Source: Acidobacteriota bacterium
GTDB taxonomy: Bacteria; Acidobacteriota; Vicinamibacteria; Vicinamibacterales; CAVVIG01
Assembly: GCA_017883165.1 (NCBI GenBank)
Contig: JADGOC010000002.1
Span: 5,277 to 69,276 of the forward strand
Reading direction: 5' to 3'
Length of the DNA: 64,000 nt
Shown here piece after piece: positions 30,152-40,377 of this stretch. The notes beneath the pieces are model-generated. The model saw only the letters and a list, made by a program, of their open reading frames with translations. It had not been told where the DNA came from and made no database searches. Positions within the stretch are counted from its first letter, which is position 1. Every line of letters starts with the position of its first letter. Made by a program: the position numbers and the translations under genes.

Positions 30152-31378
30152 TTACACGCCGTGGCCGTAGCCGATCGTTTCCACGGGTGCCGACGCGGCG
30201 CCGACCGGCTCGGCGGCGGTGCGCAGCCGGTCGAGGATGCGCCGCAGATCGCCGTCGCCGACCGCCTTGCGCCGCTCGCCGAGCGTGATGACCTCGCGGT
30301 ACACGTGCTCGAGCTCGGTCTGTGACACGCGAAGGCCGAGCGCGTTGCAGCGCTGCTGCACGGCGTGCCGCCCGGAATGGCGTCCGAGGACGAGCTGCGC
30401 CGCCGGCTGCCCGACGTCCTGCGGCCGCATGATCTCGTAGGTGCGCGGATCCTTCAGCATGCCGTCCTGGTGGATGCCGGCTTCGTGCGCGAAGGCGTTC
30501 CGCCCGACGATCGCTTTGTTGGCCTGCACGGCTTCCTGCGTGAGGCTGGTCAGGAGTTGGCTCGTCTCGTACAGCGCCTCCGCCTTGATCCCGGTGTCGT
30601 AGGGCAGACGATTGCGGCGCACGCGCAGCGCCATCACGATCTCCTCGAGCGCCGCGTTCCCCGCGCGCTCGCCGATGCCGTTGATGGTGCACTCCACCTG
30701 GCGCGCGCCGCCCTGAATGGCCGCGAGGCTGTTCGCCACGGCGAGGCCGAGATCGTCGTGGCAGTGCGTGCTGAACACCGCGCGGTCGGCGTTGAACACG
30801 CGCGCGCGGATGGCGGCGAAGAAGTCGCGCGTCTCATCGGGCGTGCCGTAGCCGACCGTGTCCGGCAGGTTCACCGTCGTGCAGCCCTCGCGGATCACCG
30901 CTTCGATGACGCGGCACAGGAACTCGGGGTCGCTCCGCGTCGCATCCTCCGCCGAAAACTCCACATCGTCGGTAAAGTGGCGGGCCAGGCGGATGGCGTC
31001 GACGATGGCTTCTAGGCACTGGTCGCGCGTCATGTGCAGCTTGGCGGCCAGATGCAGATCGGACGTGGCCAGGAACGTGTGGATGCGCGGCCGCGCCGCC
31101 GGCGCGAGCGCGCGGGCAGCCTCCTCGATGTCCTGCCGGCGGCAGCGGGCGAGCGCCGCAATCGTCGGCCGCCGCACCTCGCGCGCGATATGCTGCACCG
31201 CTTCGGCGTCGGCCGGCGAAGCGATGGGGAAGCCGGCCTCGATGACGTCGACGCCGAGCGCGTCGAGCGCCCGCGCGAGCGACGCCTTGGCGAGGACGTC
31301 CATGGTGAAGCCGGGCGCCTGCTCGCCGTCGCGCAGGGTCGTGTCGAAAATCACTACGCGGGCGGGATCGTCAGCCAT
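30152..31378 (-). CDS. 2-isopropylmalate/homocitrate/citramalate synthase family protein, short form lacking the C-terminal regulatory domain
   Basis: VIFDTTLRDGEQ, STHCHDDLGLAVANSLAA, NGIGERAGNAALEE and HEAGIHQDG motifs. Only 408 aa, versus about 510 for LeuA with its LeuA_dimer domain. Confidence 0.85.
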   Translation of the reverse strand: MADDPARVVIFDTTLRDGEQAPGFTMDVLAKASLARALDALGVDVIEAGFPIASPADAEAVQHIAREVRRPTIAALARCRRQDIEEAARALAPAARPRIHTFLATSDLHLAAKLHMTRDQCLEAIVDAIRLARHFTDDVEFSAEDATRSDPEFLCRVIEAVIREGCTTVNLPDTVGYGTPDETRDFFAAIRARVFNADRAVFSTHCHDDLGLAVANSLAAIQGGARQVECTINGIGERAGNAALEEIVMALRVRRNRLPYDTGIKAEALYETSQLLTSLTQEAVQANKAIVGRNAFAHEAGIHQDGMLKDPRTYEIMRPQDVGQPAAQLVLGRHSGRHAVQQRCNALGLRVSQTELEHVYREVITLGERRKAVGDGDLRRILDRLRTAAEPVGAASAPVETIGYGHGV

Positions 31379-31446
31379 ACGCCTTTGTAACGGTCTGGCG
31401 CAATGGAGTCAAAGTGATAATTATTACGATATAATAAGCGCACGTT

Positions 31447-32328
31447 ATGGATCTCCAGACCCTGAAAATCTTTCTCGCCGTCGCCCACGAGCGCAGCTTC
31501 TCGCGCGCCGCCGCCAAAGTGCACCGCACGCAGCCGGCCGTGAGCCAGGCCGTGCGCCGTCTCGAAGCCGACCTCGGCGAGGAGCTCTTCGACCGCTCGT
31601 CGAAGAACGGCACCCTCACCGACGCGGGAAAGGTGCTGCAGAACTACGGCCAGCGTCTGGTGCGTCTCGCCGAGGAGACCGAGTCGGCGATGCGCGAGCT
31701 GCGCGACCTGCGCCGCGGCCGCGTGCTCATCGGCGCCAACGAAGCGGCCGTCCACACGCTGTTGCCGCTCATCGCGCGGTTCCGCCTGCGCCACCCGCAC
31801 ATCGCCATCGACGTCCGCCGCGTGCCGGCACGGCAGATCGCCGTGGAGGTGCAACAGGGCAGCCTCGATTTCGGCGCGCTCACGTTCCATCCGTCCGAGG
31901 CGGGTCTGCTCGACGTGACGGTCGGCAGCGACGAGCTCGTGCTGCTCGTGCCGCCCACCCATCTCTTCGCCAAACGCTCCCAGGTGACGATGGAGGAGGT
32001 GGCGGGGGAGCCGATGGTGGCGCACAACGATCCCTCGCCGGCGCGCGAGCGCGTGCTGCGGCTCTTCGAGCAGCGTCACATCGCGCTGAACATGGTGATT
32101 GCGCTGCCGAGCCTCGACGGCATCAAGCGCGCCGTGGAGCTGCAGCTGGGCGTGGCGCTCCTGCCGCGGCGCTGCGCGATCACCGAGATCGCGAGCGGCC
32201 GGCTCGTGGCGCTGTCGGTCACCGGCATCTCGCGCAAACGGCTCCTGACGCTCGTGTGCCGCCGCGCGCACCGGTCGCACGCGGCGGAGGCGTTTCTCGC
32301 GGTCGCTCAGGAGAAAGCCAGAAGCTAG
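31447..32328 (+). CDS. LysR family transcriptional regulator
   Basis: N-terminal HTH (LKIFLAVAHERSFSRAAAKVHRTQPAVSQAVRRLE) plus a LysR substrate-binding domain. Divergent from the IPMS-like gene. Confidence 0.9.
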   Translation: MDLQTLKIFLAVAHERSFSRAAAKVHRTQPAVSQAVRRLEADLGEELFDRSSKNGTLTDAGKVLQNYGQRLVRLAEETESAMRELRDLRRGRVLIGANEAAVHTLLPLIARFRLRHPHIAIDVRRVPARQIAVEVQQGSLDFGALTFHPSEAGLLDVTVGSDELVLLVPPTHLFAKRSQVTMEEVAGEPMVAHNDPSPARERVLRLFEQRHIALNMVIALPSLDGIKRAVELQLGVALLPRRCAITEIASGRLVALSVTGISRKRLLTLVCRRAHRSHAAEAFLAVAQEKARS

Positions 32329-32933
32329 AAGCCGTTCAGGTAGGGGAGCCTGCTGGCGACCGCGCGCACCTCGTCGAAGCGATCGAGGAGCATGGCGGTG
32401 GGATTCCACTGGCCGCTGAGGAAGCCGTCGCGCAGGGCCGCCGGCAGCGTCGCGGTGAGGCGCAATGGGCCAGCCGTGATGAGGCCCGAATCGACGCGCG
32501 CCGCGATCGTCAGATCGGGCGTCTGCTCGATGAGCGTCTGGAGCCGCTCGATCGCCTGCCGCTCGGCGGCAAAGCAGGGCACGCCGAGCATCGCGGCGTT
32601 GCCCTGGAAAATTTCCGAAAACGACTCGCCGACGATGGCCCGGATGCCGGAGCGCGCCAACCCCTGCGGCGCGTGCTCGCGCGACGATCCGCAGCCGAAA
32701 TTGCTGTTGACCACCAGCAGCGTCGCGCCGGCGAAGCGCGCGTCGTTGAACGGATGATCGGGCCGCGTCGCGCGGTCGTCCTCGAAGAGATGCCGCTCCA
32801 ATCCGTCGAATGAGGTCGCGCGCAGGAACCGCGCCGGCATGATGCGGTCCGTGTCGATGTCGTCGCCGCGCAGCGGGATGCCGCGGCCCGTGATCACGTT
32901 CACCGCGCCGGCCGCCGGTGCGTCCGGCGTCAT
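32325..32933 (-). CDS. leuD: 3-isopropylmalate dehydratase small subunit
   Basis: [15 protein letters not shown]...[15 protein letters not shown] motifs. ATGA overlap with leuC. Confidence 0.9.
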   Translation of the reverse strand: MTPDAPAAGAVNVITGRGIPLRGDDIDTDRIMPARFLRATSFDGLERHLFEDDRATRPDHPFNDARFAGATLLVVNSNFGCGSSREHAPQGLARSGIRAIVGESFSEIFQGNAAMLGVPCFAAERQAIERLQTLIEQTPDLTIAARVDSGLITAGPLRLTATLPAALRDGFLSGQWNPTAMLLDRFDEVRAVASRLPYLNGF

Positions 32934-34366
32934 GCGGGCACCTCGTCAAGGAGCGTCCGCACGTCGACGACGTGGCCGGCGATGGCGGCCGCCGCCACCA
33001 TGGCGGGGCTCATCAACAGCGTGCGGCCCGTCGGGCTGCCTTGGCGCCCTTTGAAGTTCCGGTTCGACGAAGAGGCGCAGACCTGGCGGCCTTCGAGGCG
33101 GTCGGTGTTCATCCCGAGGCACATCGAACATCCCGCCCCGCGCCACTCGAAGCCGGCGCGTCGGAACACCTCGTCGAGCCCGCGGGCTTCCGCCTCGCGG
33201 CTGACCCGCCGCGATCCTGGCACGACGAGCGCCTTCACCCCAGGCGCCACGCGGCGGCCGCGGACGATCCGCGCCGCTTCCTCGAGATCGGACAGCCGGC
33301 CGTTGGTGCACGATCCGATGAACGCGACGTCGATCGGCGTGCCTTCCATCCGCGATCCCGCGGCGAATCCCATAAAGGCGAGCGCTTCATCGACCGCTTC
33401 GTCTCCCGGCGCGGACGGCAGCGGCTCGCCGATCCCGACCGACTGCCCCGGATTGATGCCCCAGGTGACCGTCGGCTCGATGGACGCGGCGTCGAGCCGA
33501 ACGCGGTCGTCGTACGGCGCGTCGGCGTCGGACGCGATCGATCGCCACCACGCGACGGCGCGGCCGAACGCGTCGCCCTGCGGCGCGAACCGGCGTCCGC
33601 GCAGAAAGGCGAACGTCGTGTCGTCGGGGTTGACGTAGCCGGCGCGTGCCCCGCCCTCGATCGACATGTTGCACAGCGTCATCCGCTCTTCAATACTCAT
33701 ATGATCGACGGCGCTGCCGCCGTACTCGTAGGCGAAGCCGACGCCGCCCTGGACGCCGAGCCGGCGAATGATTGTCAGGATCACGTCCTTCGCATAGACG
33801 CCCGGCGCGAGGCGCCCGTCGATGTCGATGCGCCGCACTTTCAACGGATCGAGCGACAGACACTGCGACGCGAGCACATCGCGCACCTGCGAGGTGCCGA
33901 TGCCGAAGGCGAGCGCGCCGAGCGCGCCGTGCGTCGAGGTATGGCTGTCGCCGCACGCGATGGTCATCCCGGGCTGTGTCAATCCCAGTTCGGGTCCGAT
34001 GACGTGCACGATGCCCTGGTCGTCACTGCCGGGACTGCCAGGACCGCCGGCGCCGCCGGCCTCGGCCGGTCCCGCGAGGTGAATGCCGAACTCGCGGCAG
34101 TTTCGCTCGAGCGCCGTCGTCATCTCTTCGGCCATGAGATCGACGAACGGCCGCCGCTGCGTGTCGGTGGGCACGATGTGATCGACGGTGCCGAAGGTGC
34201 GGTCGGGGAAGGCGACGCCCCAGCCGTGCTGGCGGAGCATGTCGAAGGCCTGCGGGGTCGTCACTTCGTGAATGAGATGAAGTCCGACGAAGAGCTGCGT
34301 CTGGCCGCTCGGCAGCGTACGGACGGCGTGCGCGTTCCAGACCTTCTGAAAAAGCGTTTCAGCCAT
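32930..34366 (-). CDS. leuC: 3-isopropylmalate dehydratase large subunit
   Basis: [43 protein letters not shown] and CGMCLG-type ([10 protein letters not shown]) aconitase-family motifs. ATG 34366. The rest of track ORF 32930..35608 is artefact. Confidence 0.92.
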   Translation of the reverse strand: MAETLFQKVWNAHAVRTLPSGQTQLFVGLHLIHEVTTPQAFDMLRQHGWGVAFPDRTFGTVDHIVPTDTQRRPFVDLMAEEMTTALERNCREFGIHLAGPAEAGGAGGPGSPGSDDQGIVHVIGPELGLTQPGMTIACGDSHTSTHGALGALAFGIGTSQVRDVLASQCLSLDPLKVRRIDIDGRLAPGVYAKDVILTIIRRLGVQGGVGFAYEYGGSAVDHMSIEERMTLCNMSIEGGARAGYVNPDDTTFAFLRGRRFAPQGDAFGRAVAWWRSIASDADAPYDDRVRLDAASIEPTVTWGINPGQSVGIGEPLPSAPGDEAVDEALAFMGFAAGSRMEGTPIDVAFIGSCTNGRLSDLEEAARIVRGRRVAPGVKALVVPGSRRVSREAEARGLDEVFRRAGFEWRGAGCSMCLGMNTDRLEGRQVCASSSNRNFKGRQGSPTGRTLLMSPAMVAAAAIAGHVVDVRTLLDEVPA

Positions 34367-34396
34367 GAGATAAGGCGACTCCAGTAGAATACTTGA

Positions 34397-35998
34397 ATGG
34401 CTCGACTGCAAAAGGTTTTCTTTACGTGCGCGCTGGCGCTGCTCGCAGTGTACAGCGCGCACGGCCACGGACAGACGATGGGCGCCGCGTCCGGCGTCGT
34501 CGTGGATTACTTCGCGCCGCCCGCGATCGATCACGGGCTGCTCGTGCGCTTCTCGCGCGCGCCCGACAGCGCCGAGGCTCAGATGCGCTCGGCGATCCGG
34601 CTCGGCAACTCCGCGCTCGATCGTGTCGGCATCGGCGGCGCACATTACGTGGCCGGCAAACTGATCGTCAAGTTCCGCGCGGGCGCTTCGTCGGCGTCGA
34701 AGGCGTCGGCGCTCTCGGTGGCGTCGGCGAGCGGCTCGACGCAGCCGCCCTACGCGAACTTCGACGTGATGACCATCGATCCCGGCATCGACGCGGAAGC
34801 GGCGGCGCAGGCGCTCTCGGCCCGGCCAGACGTCGAGTACGCGCAGCCGGCCTATCGCGTGCATACCGAATTCAAGCCGAACGACACGTTCTATTCCAAG
34901 CAGTGGAATCTGCCGGACATCGACATGGAGCGTGCCTGGGACATCCAGCCGGCGGCGGGATCGAATATCGTCGTCGCCGTGCTCGACACCGGCGTCGCCT
35001 ACACGAACGTCACGATGAAGTATCACGCGAGCGCGTTCAGGGTCGACGCCACCGGCCAGGTAACTACCGACCCGACGGCGACGCTCTATCCTGCGCTCGG
35101 CGATCTCACGCTGCCCTTTGTCGCCGCGACCGAGCTCGGGCCGTCGAGCCGCTTCGTGTCGCCGCACGATTTCATCTGGGACACCAATCTGCCGATCGAT
35201 CTCGACGGCCACGGCACGCACGTCTCGGGCACGATCGGGCAGCTCACCAACAACGGCATCGGCACAGCGGGCGTCGCCTTCAACGTGAAGATCATGCCGG
35301 TGAAGGTCATCGACAGCGACTGGGACGACATCTTCGGCGCGCCCAACTTCGGCACAGACGATGTGGTGGCGCGCGGCGTGCGGTACGCGGCCGACAACGG
35401 CGCCAAGGTGATCAACATGAGCATCGGGCGCACGGGGCCGGCGGCGCCGGCAATCGAGGATGCGATCAAGTACGCCGTCGGCAAGGGCGCGTTCGTGGCC
35501 ATCGCGGCGGGCAACGACTACGAGGACGGCAATCCGACGGAAGCGATTGCCGACATCGCGTCGCGCGTGCAGGGCGCGGTGGCGGTCGGAGCGGTCGATC
35601 AGAGCCACGCGCGCGCGTATTATTCGAGCACCGGCAGCTACGTCGAGCTAGCGGCGCCAGGCGGTTCGTTTCGCGGCTTCCCGTCCGAAGGCGGGATCCT
35701 ACAGCAGACGCTCGACCTCGAGCTCGTGGAGACGTTTACCAGCCCACCGTCCGGCTTCGTCGCGCCGCGGTTCGACGCGCTCGCGTATTTCTTCTTCATC
35801 GGGACCTCTCAGGCGACGCCCCACGTATCGGGCGTGGCGGCGATGCTGATGCAGCAGGGGATCACCGACCCCGGCACCGTCGAGGCGGCGCTCGAGAAGT
35901 TCGCGACCGATCGCGGTGCGGTGGGGCGCGACAACGAGTTCGGCTTTGGCGAAATCAATGCGCGGAACACGTTGCGCGGACTGGGACTCGCAAAATGA
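34397..35998 (+). CDS. S8 family (subtilisin-like) serine peptidase, secreted
   Basis: Signal peptide. Catalytic triad contexts VAVLDTGV (Asp), [12 protein letters not shown] (His) and [16 protein letters not shown] (Ser). Confidence 0.9.
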   Translation: MARLQKVFFTCALALLAVYSAHGHGQTMGAASGVVVDYFAPPAIDHGLLVRFSRAPDSAEAQMRSAIRLGNSALDRVGIGGAHYVAGKLIVKFRAGASSASKASALSVASASGSTQPPYANFDVMTIDPGIDAEAAAQALSARPDVEYAQPAYRVHTEFKPNDTFYSKQWNLPDIDMERAWDIQPAAGSNIVVAVLDTGVAYTNVTMKYHASAFRVDATGQVTTDPTATLYPALGDLTLPFVAATELGPSSRFVSPHDFIWDTNLPIDLDGHGTHVSGTIGQLTNNGIGTAGVAFNVKIMPVKVIDSDWDDIFGAPNFGTDDVVARGVRYAADNGAKVINMSIGRTGPAAPAIEDAIKYAVGKGAFVAIAAGNDYEDGNPTEAIADIASRVQGAVAVGAVDQSHARAYYSSTGSYVELAAPGGSFRGFPSEGGILQQTLDLELVETFTSPPSGFVAPRFDALAYFFFIGTSQATPHVSGVAAMLMQQGITDPGTVEAALEKFATDRGAVGRDNEFGFGEINARNTLRGLGLAK

Positions 35999-36639
35999 AA
36001 ACACTCGTCGCACTCGTGGCCGCGCTGGCCGTGGCGGCGCCGCTGGCCGCGCAGACCCGGCGCCCGACGGAGCCATCCGTTTCCATCCGGGGTTTCTTCG
36101 TGGCGTCCGAGGAACAGTTCGCCGCCAAGACGACCTTCGCTGGCGTGCTTGGCAGTTCGCTGGGGTCGTTCGTCGGCGGCGGCGCGCAGGTCGTGTTCCG
36201 CGGCGGCGTGTACGTCGAAGTGAGCGGATCGCGTTTCCAGAAATCGGGGCAGCGCGGCTTCTTCTCCAACGGCCAGACGTTCAGCCTCGGCATTCCGCTG
36301 ACGGCGAGCCTGATGCCGATCGAGGCGAGCGTCGGCTACCGCTTCCGGCTACAGAAGCATCGGACCATCATTCCGTACGTCGCGGCGGGCGTCGGACAGT
36401 ACCACTACAAGGAAACGTCGACGGGCTCGGCCCCTGGCGAAGACGTCGACGCGACGCATCTCGGCTATCTCGCCAACACCGGTGTGGAATTTCGCGTCCA
36501 CCCGTTGGTCGGCCTGTCGATCGACGCGCAGTACACGCACATCCCGGGAATCTTCGGTCTTGGCGGGATTTCGAAGGATGCGGGGGAGAGCGATCTCGGC
36601 GGCTACGCCGCGCGGTTCAAAGTGATCGTTGGACGCTAG
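35995..36639 (+). CDS. outer-membrane beta-barrel protein (OmpA-like/porin-fold), hypothetical
   Basis: ATGA-coupled to the S8 peptidase. Signal peptide [20 protein letters not shown]. Alternating hydrophobic beta-strand pattern and a C-terminal aromatic-rich strand (GYAARFKVIVGR). Confidence 0.7.
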   Translation: MKTLVALVAALAVAAPLAAQTRRPTEPSVSIRGFFVASEEQFAAKTTFAGVLGSSLGSFVGGGAQVVFRGGVYVEVSGSRFQKSGQRGFFSNGQTFSLGIPLTASLMPIEASVGYRFRLQKHRTIIPYVAAGVGQYHYKETSTGSAPGEDVDATHLGYLANTGVEFRVHPLVGLSIDAQYTHIPGIFGLGGISKDAGESDLGGYAARFKVIVGR

Positions 36640-37373
36640 CGGACCCGCGTGACGCGCGCGATCCACCCTCCGTACATCGAGTCCGGCAGCAGAAAACAGG
36701 TCCGGCCGAAGGCGTCATCGGTGCCCGTGCCTGGAATGTGCTCGGTCGCATCAGGGAAGTCGCCCATCTGATCGCCGACAAACACGGCGATTCGCATCGC
36801 GACGCCGCTCCACGAACAGTCGCCCTTCCCGGAGACGACCTCGGCGCGCCTCATCGCCTTGCTGTGCTCCGGGCTTGTCTGCGCGCAGAGGCGGTCGTCG
36901 TCGGCCCACATCTTCACCGACTGCAGGTTCGCGCGCGTCGCCTCGGCGGCCGCCGCGTCGCGGTTCGTGATCCACGCGACGTGGCCACCGGCGCGCCGGA
37001 CCAGGGCGATGAAATCGGCCACGCCGGGGACCGCACCCGCCTCGCGTCGCGAGACCCACGCGTCCCACGACTGCGCGTCGAACGGCACGTGGTAGGCCGC
37101 TCGCTCGAGCTGGTACGTGGAGTTGTCGAGCGCGGTCTCGTCGATGTCGAGGACGACGGCCCACCTCTGGCGGCCGGCGGTGGCGGCCGTGCGAGTCACC
37201 GCATCGCCGGCCATCCGGTACACCTGGCGGGCCAGTGCGGCATACTCCTCGCTGTCGCGCATGTATTTGATGCCCAGCTCCTGCGGAGCTGGTGTCGGCG
37301 GCTGCGCGGCAAGCGGGGCAGCGGCGAGCGCGAGAATCAGAACGGCGCGCCGGACCAATGGCTGACTGGACAT
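36636..37373 (-). CDS. HAD-superfamily acid phosphatase (class B/C, 5'-nucleotidase lipoprotein e(P4)-like)
   Basis: Signal peptide (LILALAAAPLAAQ), DxDxT motif VVLDIDETALDNS, WITNRD and C-terminal GDQMGDF. ATG 37373 preferred. Confidence 0.8.
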   Translation of the reverse strand: MSSQPLVRRAVLILALAAAPLAAQPPTPAPQELGIKYMRDSEEYAALARQVYRMAGDAVTRTAATAGRQRWAVVLDIDETALDNSTYQLERAAYHVPFDAQSWDAWVSRREAGAVPGVADFIALVRRAGGHVAWITNRDAAAAEATRANLQSVKMWADDDRLCAQTSPEHSKAMRRAEVVSGKGDCSWSGVAMRIAVFVGDQMGDFPDATEHIPGTGTDDAFGRTCFLLPDSMYGGWIARVTRVR

Positions 37374-37461
37374 GGTCAGGCATTGTATCTGGCCTCGTTT
37401 CGGTCGCGAATAGCTGGTCGTGTTGTCGAAGCCGGGCAAACCGGCGTATCATGCGCTTCGG

Positions 37462-37761
37462 ATGTGTGGCAGATTGGGCAGTCGCCGTTGGCGGTTTCTG
37501 ACGTTCGTCGGGGGAGCGCTCTACGCCTTCTTCCTGATTACCGCTCCGTTCGAACACCACGACATCGCCTGTCACATCAGAACGCCGCAGCACTGCACCT
37601 CATGCAATTCCAGCCTCGTCGGCTCCGATCCTCAGACGCCGGCCATCTTCGGCGACTGGCATCTCGCTGACGCCGGCCGCGCGATCGACTTTCAGCTGAT
37701 CGCGAACGGTGTCCTGCTCCCCGTTCGATCCACCGGCCGCTCGCCTCCGATCCACTCCTGA
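37462..37761 (+). CDS. small membrane-anchored Cys/His-rich hypothetical protein upstream of the RND efflux operon
   Basis: One TM segment (FLTFVGGALYAFFLI) followed by APFEHHDIACHIRTPQHCTSC. Same strand as, and directly upstream of, the TolC/MFP/RND genes. No family recognised. Confidence 0.45.
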   Translation: MCGRLGSRRWRFLTFVGGALYAFFLITAPFEHHDIACHIRTPQHCTSCNSSLVGSDPQTPAIFGDWHLADAGRAIDFQLIANGVLLPVRSTGRSPPIHS

Positions 37762-37923
37762 CGCGTTCGCGCTTCGTCTCGTCGAGCTCGCGGCGAGGCT
37801 CGATCGTGTGCGGAGCGATCTCAATTGGGTGGCGGGTCTGACGACCTGCGACGAAGCGGACCTTCATATCCGCTCATCGCGCGCGTTCGGCTGCGCCTTT
37901 TGGATGTCAAGGAGTGTGGGTCG

Positions 37924-39201
37924 ATGCGCGCTTGGTCACTTGTTGGACGCCGCGTGGGCGCCGTGCTGGTGTGGCTGGCGGTTCCGGCAACGGCCGCGGC
38001 CCAGACGCCGGCCGCGCGTTTGTCGATGCCCGACGCGGTCCGCCTGGCGCTCGAGCACAACCATCAGCTCGCGTCGCAACGCCTGAACGTGGACGTCTCG
38101 AAGGCCGACGAAATCACGGCCGCGCTGAAACCGAACCCGGTCTTCACGTCGGTGAACGAGAACTTTCCGGTGTTCTCGCCGAGCCAGTTGACGCTGAACA
38201 ACGTCGCCAACAACCAGAACTACGTCGAGTCGCTCAGCTACCTGTTCGAGCGCGGCGGCAAACGCGAAAAGCGCACTTTGGTTGCGCGCGATACGACGGA
38301 GGTTGTCGCCAAGACCACGGTGGACGCCGAGCGGCAGCTGACGTTCCAGACCCAGCAGGCCTTCATCAACGTGCTGCTGGCGAAGTCGACGCTCAGTTTC
38401 GCCCGTGACAACCTGAAGAACTTCTCCGACGTGGTCGAACTGAACCGCCAGCGCATGATCGCGGGAGCCCTCGCCGAAGCCGACTTCGCCAAGATCTCGC
38501 TCCAGAAGCTGCAGTTCGAACAGGACGTCTCCTCGAGCGAGGTCGCGCTCGTGCAGGCCAAAGCGGCGCTTCGCCTCGACGTCGGGTTCGAGGCGGTGAC
38601 GGAGGACTTCGACGTCGACGGTGATCTCGCGTACGCGAGGTACCCGCTCGCGCTCGACGACCTGAAACGCGAGGCGCTCGCCACGCGGCCGGATCTGCTG
38701 GCTGCGCAAAGCAGCCTGAGGCTCGCGCAGGACTCGGTTGCGCTCGCCTTCGCCAACCGGGCGCGCGATCTCACGGGCGAGGTCGAGTACGATCGCGCCG
38801 GCGATTTCAACGCGCTCGGGTTCGGGATCGCGATCGAGTTGCCGTTCCACGACCGCAACCAGGGCAACATCGCGCACAGCCAGGTGGCGGTCCGGCAGGC
38901 GGTCGAGAGCGAAATCCAGGCGCGCGTGTCCGTGCTCACAGACGTCGTCACCGCGTACGCCTCGTTTCAGACCAACGAGAAGGTGATCGCGCTCTACCAA
39001 TCCGGGTACCTCGAACAGGCGCGGCAATCGCTCGAAACGACGCAGTACGTCTATCAACGCGGCAGCGGATCGCTGCTCGACCTGCTGGACGCCGAGCGCA
39101 CCTATCGCGCGACGCAGTTGGCGTTTCGTCAGGCACTGGCGGCGTATATGACGAGCGCGCAGCAAATCAATTTCGCGGTTGGAAAGCAGGTGGTGCAATG
39201 A
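37924..39201 (+). CDS. TolC family outer-membrane efflux protein (CzcC/CusC-like)
   Basis: AAGGAG RBS 8 nt upstream of ATG 37924. Signal peptide. Two OEP repeats (LSMPDAVRLALEHNHQL...; RPDLLAAQSSLRLAQ...). Confidence 0.88.
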   Translation: MRAWSLVGRRVGAVLVWLAVPATAAAQTPAARLSMPDAVRLALEHNHQLASQRLNVDVSKADEITAALKPNPVFTSVNENFPVFSPSQLTLNNVANNQNYVESLSYLFERGGKREKRTLVARDTTEVVAKTTVDAERQLTFQTQQAFINVLLAKSTLSFARDNLKNFSDVVELNRQRMIAGALAEADFAKISLQKLQFEQDVSSSEVALVQAKAALRLDVGFEAVTEDFDVDGDLAYARYPLALDDLKREALATRPDLLAAQSSLRLAQDSVALAFANRARDLTGEVEYDRAGDFNALGFGIAIELPFHDRNQGNIAHSQVAVRQAVESEIQARVSVLTDVVTAYASFQTNEKVIALYQSGYLEQARQSLETTQYVYQRGSGSLLDLLDAERTYRATQLAFRQALAAYMTSAQQINFAVGKQVVQ

Positions 39202-40367
39202 GGCAGGCAATCCTGGCGGCCGCCCTCGGCCTGGCGGTGTCGGCGTGCGGCAGCGGTCAACCGCCGAAGCCGGCGCCGACGGGAGCCCCGCCAAGCTCGG
39301 CCGAGTCCGGCGCCGCGCCGGCGGCCACGTACTTCACCGTGCCGGCCGAACAGTTGCCGCATCTCAAGATCGTCCCGGTGCAGAAGACCACCTGGTCTAC
39401 CGTCGTGCGGACGACGGGCACCGTCGACTGGGACAACGACCACACGACGCAGGCGATCACGCAGGTGAGCGGTCCGATCGCGCGCATCGTGGCCGACACC
39501 GGCACGCATGTGAAGGTCGGCGATCCGCTGCTCTATGTGGCCAGCGCCGATATCACCAACGCGATCTCGTCGTACCGGAAGGCGAAGAACCGCTTCGACC
39601 TCGCGCAGCACACGCTCGATCGCAGCCGCGACCTGCTGGCGCACAAGGCGATCGCGCAGCGGGACATGGAGGCCGCCGAGGCCGACTACAACGACGCGGC
39701 GACCGACCTGCAGACCTCGCTGCAGGCGCTGAAGATCTTCGGCGTCACGCAGGCCGAGCTCACCGAGGCCGAGCGTCAGAACGTGGCGATCCGCCCCGAG
39801 CTGGCGATGCGCGCGCCGCTTGCCGGCGTCGTGGTCCAAAAGATGGTGCTGCCCGGGCAGTTCATCCAGGCCGGCACGACGGCGGCGTTCGTCATCAGCA
39901 ACACCTCGACGGTGTGGGTGCAGGGCCACGTGTACGACAAGGATCTCAGGTCGGTGCACGTCGGAGACCGGGTCGACGTGCGCAACGCGTCGTTCCCGGA
40001 CCCGTTCCACGGCGTCATCGCGTACATCGGCGATCTGATCGACCCGGCGACGCGGACCACCTCGGTCCGCATCGTCACGCAGAACAGCGGCGGGCTGCTC
40101 AAGAAGGATCTGTTCGTCGACATCGTGATTCACGACAAGACGACCAGAGACGTGCTTGCGGTGCCGACGGCGGCCGTGCTCTACGACGAGGAGAATTTCC
40201 CGTTCGTGTACGTGCAGGTCGAGACCGGCAAGTTCGCCCAGCGCATCGTGAAGATCGGCGGCCAGCAGGGCGACGACAGCGAGGTCGTGGACGGCCTCAA
40301 AGCCGGCGACGCGGTCGTGTCCCAGGGCAGCGTGTTCCTGCAGTTCGCCAACACGTATCAGCGGTAG
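39198..40367 (+). CDS. efflux RND transporter periplasmic adaptor subunit (CzcB/CusB-like)
   Basis: ATGA-coupled. Lipoprotein signal LGLAVSAC. Biotinyl-lipoyl-like hairpin (V.VGDPLLYVASAD...APLAGVVV) and beta-barrel domains. Confidence 0.88.
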   Translation: MRQAILAAALGLAVSACGSGQPPKPAPTGAPPSSAESGAAPAATYFTVPAEQLPHLKIVPVQKTTWSTVVRTTGTVDWDNDHTTQAITQVSGPIARIVADTGTHVKVGDPLLYVASADITNAISSYRKAKNRFDLAQHTLDRSRDLLAHKAIAQRDMEAAEADYNDAATDLQTSLQALKIFGVTQAELTEAERQNVAIRPELAMRAPLAGVVVQKMVLPGQFIQAGTTAAFVISNTSTVWVQGHVYDKDLRSVHVGDRVDVRNASFPDPFHGVIAYIGDLIDPATRTTSVRIVTQNSGGLLKKDLFVDIVIHDKTTRDVLAVPTAAVLYDEENFPFVYVQVETGKFAQRIVKIGGQQGDDSEVVDGLKAGDAVVSQGSVFLQFANTYQR

Positions 40368-40377
40368 GCGCCTTCCC

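Noticed and set aside
34367-35608. Extension of the leuC frame to 892 aa (ORF 32930..35608) and long ORF 34393..36639.
   Set aside because: LeuC homology begins at [10 protein letters not shown] (ATG 34366). The extra sequence is antisense or alternate-frame to the S8 peptidase and OM-barrel genes.
37374-37461. Possible additional Pho-box array upstream of the acid phosphatase gene (TACAAT -10-like element at 37387..37382, one CGTTTC hexamer 8 nt away).
   Set aside because: The following hexamers are not in 11-bp phase and do not match the TTAACA/GAAACC pattern, so only one of four units is present.
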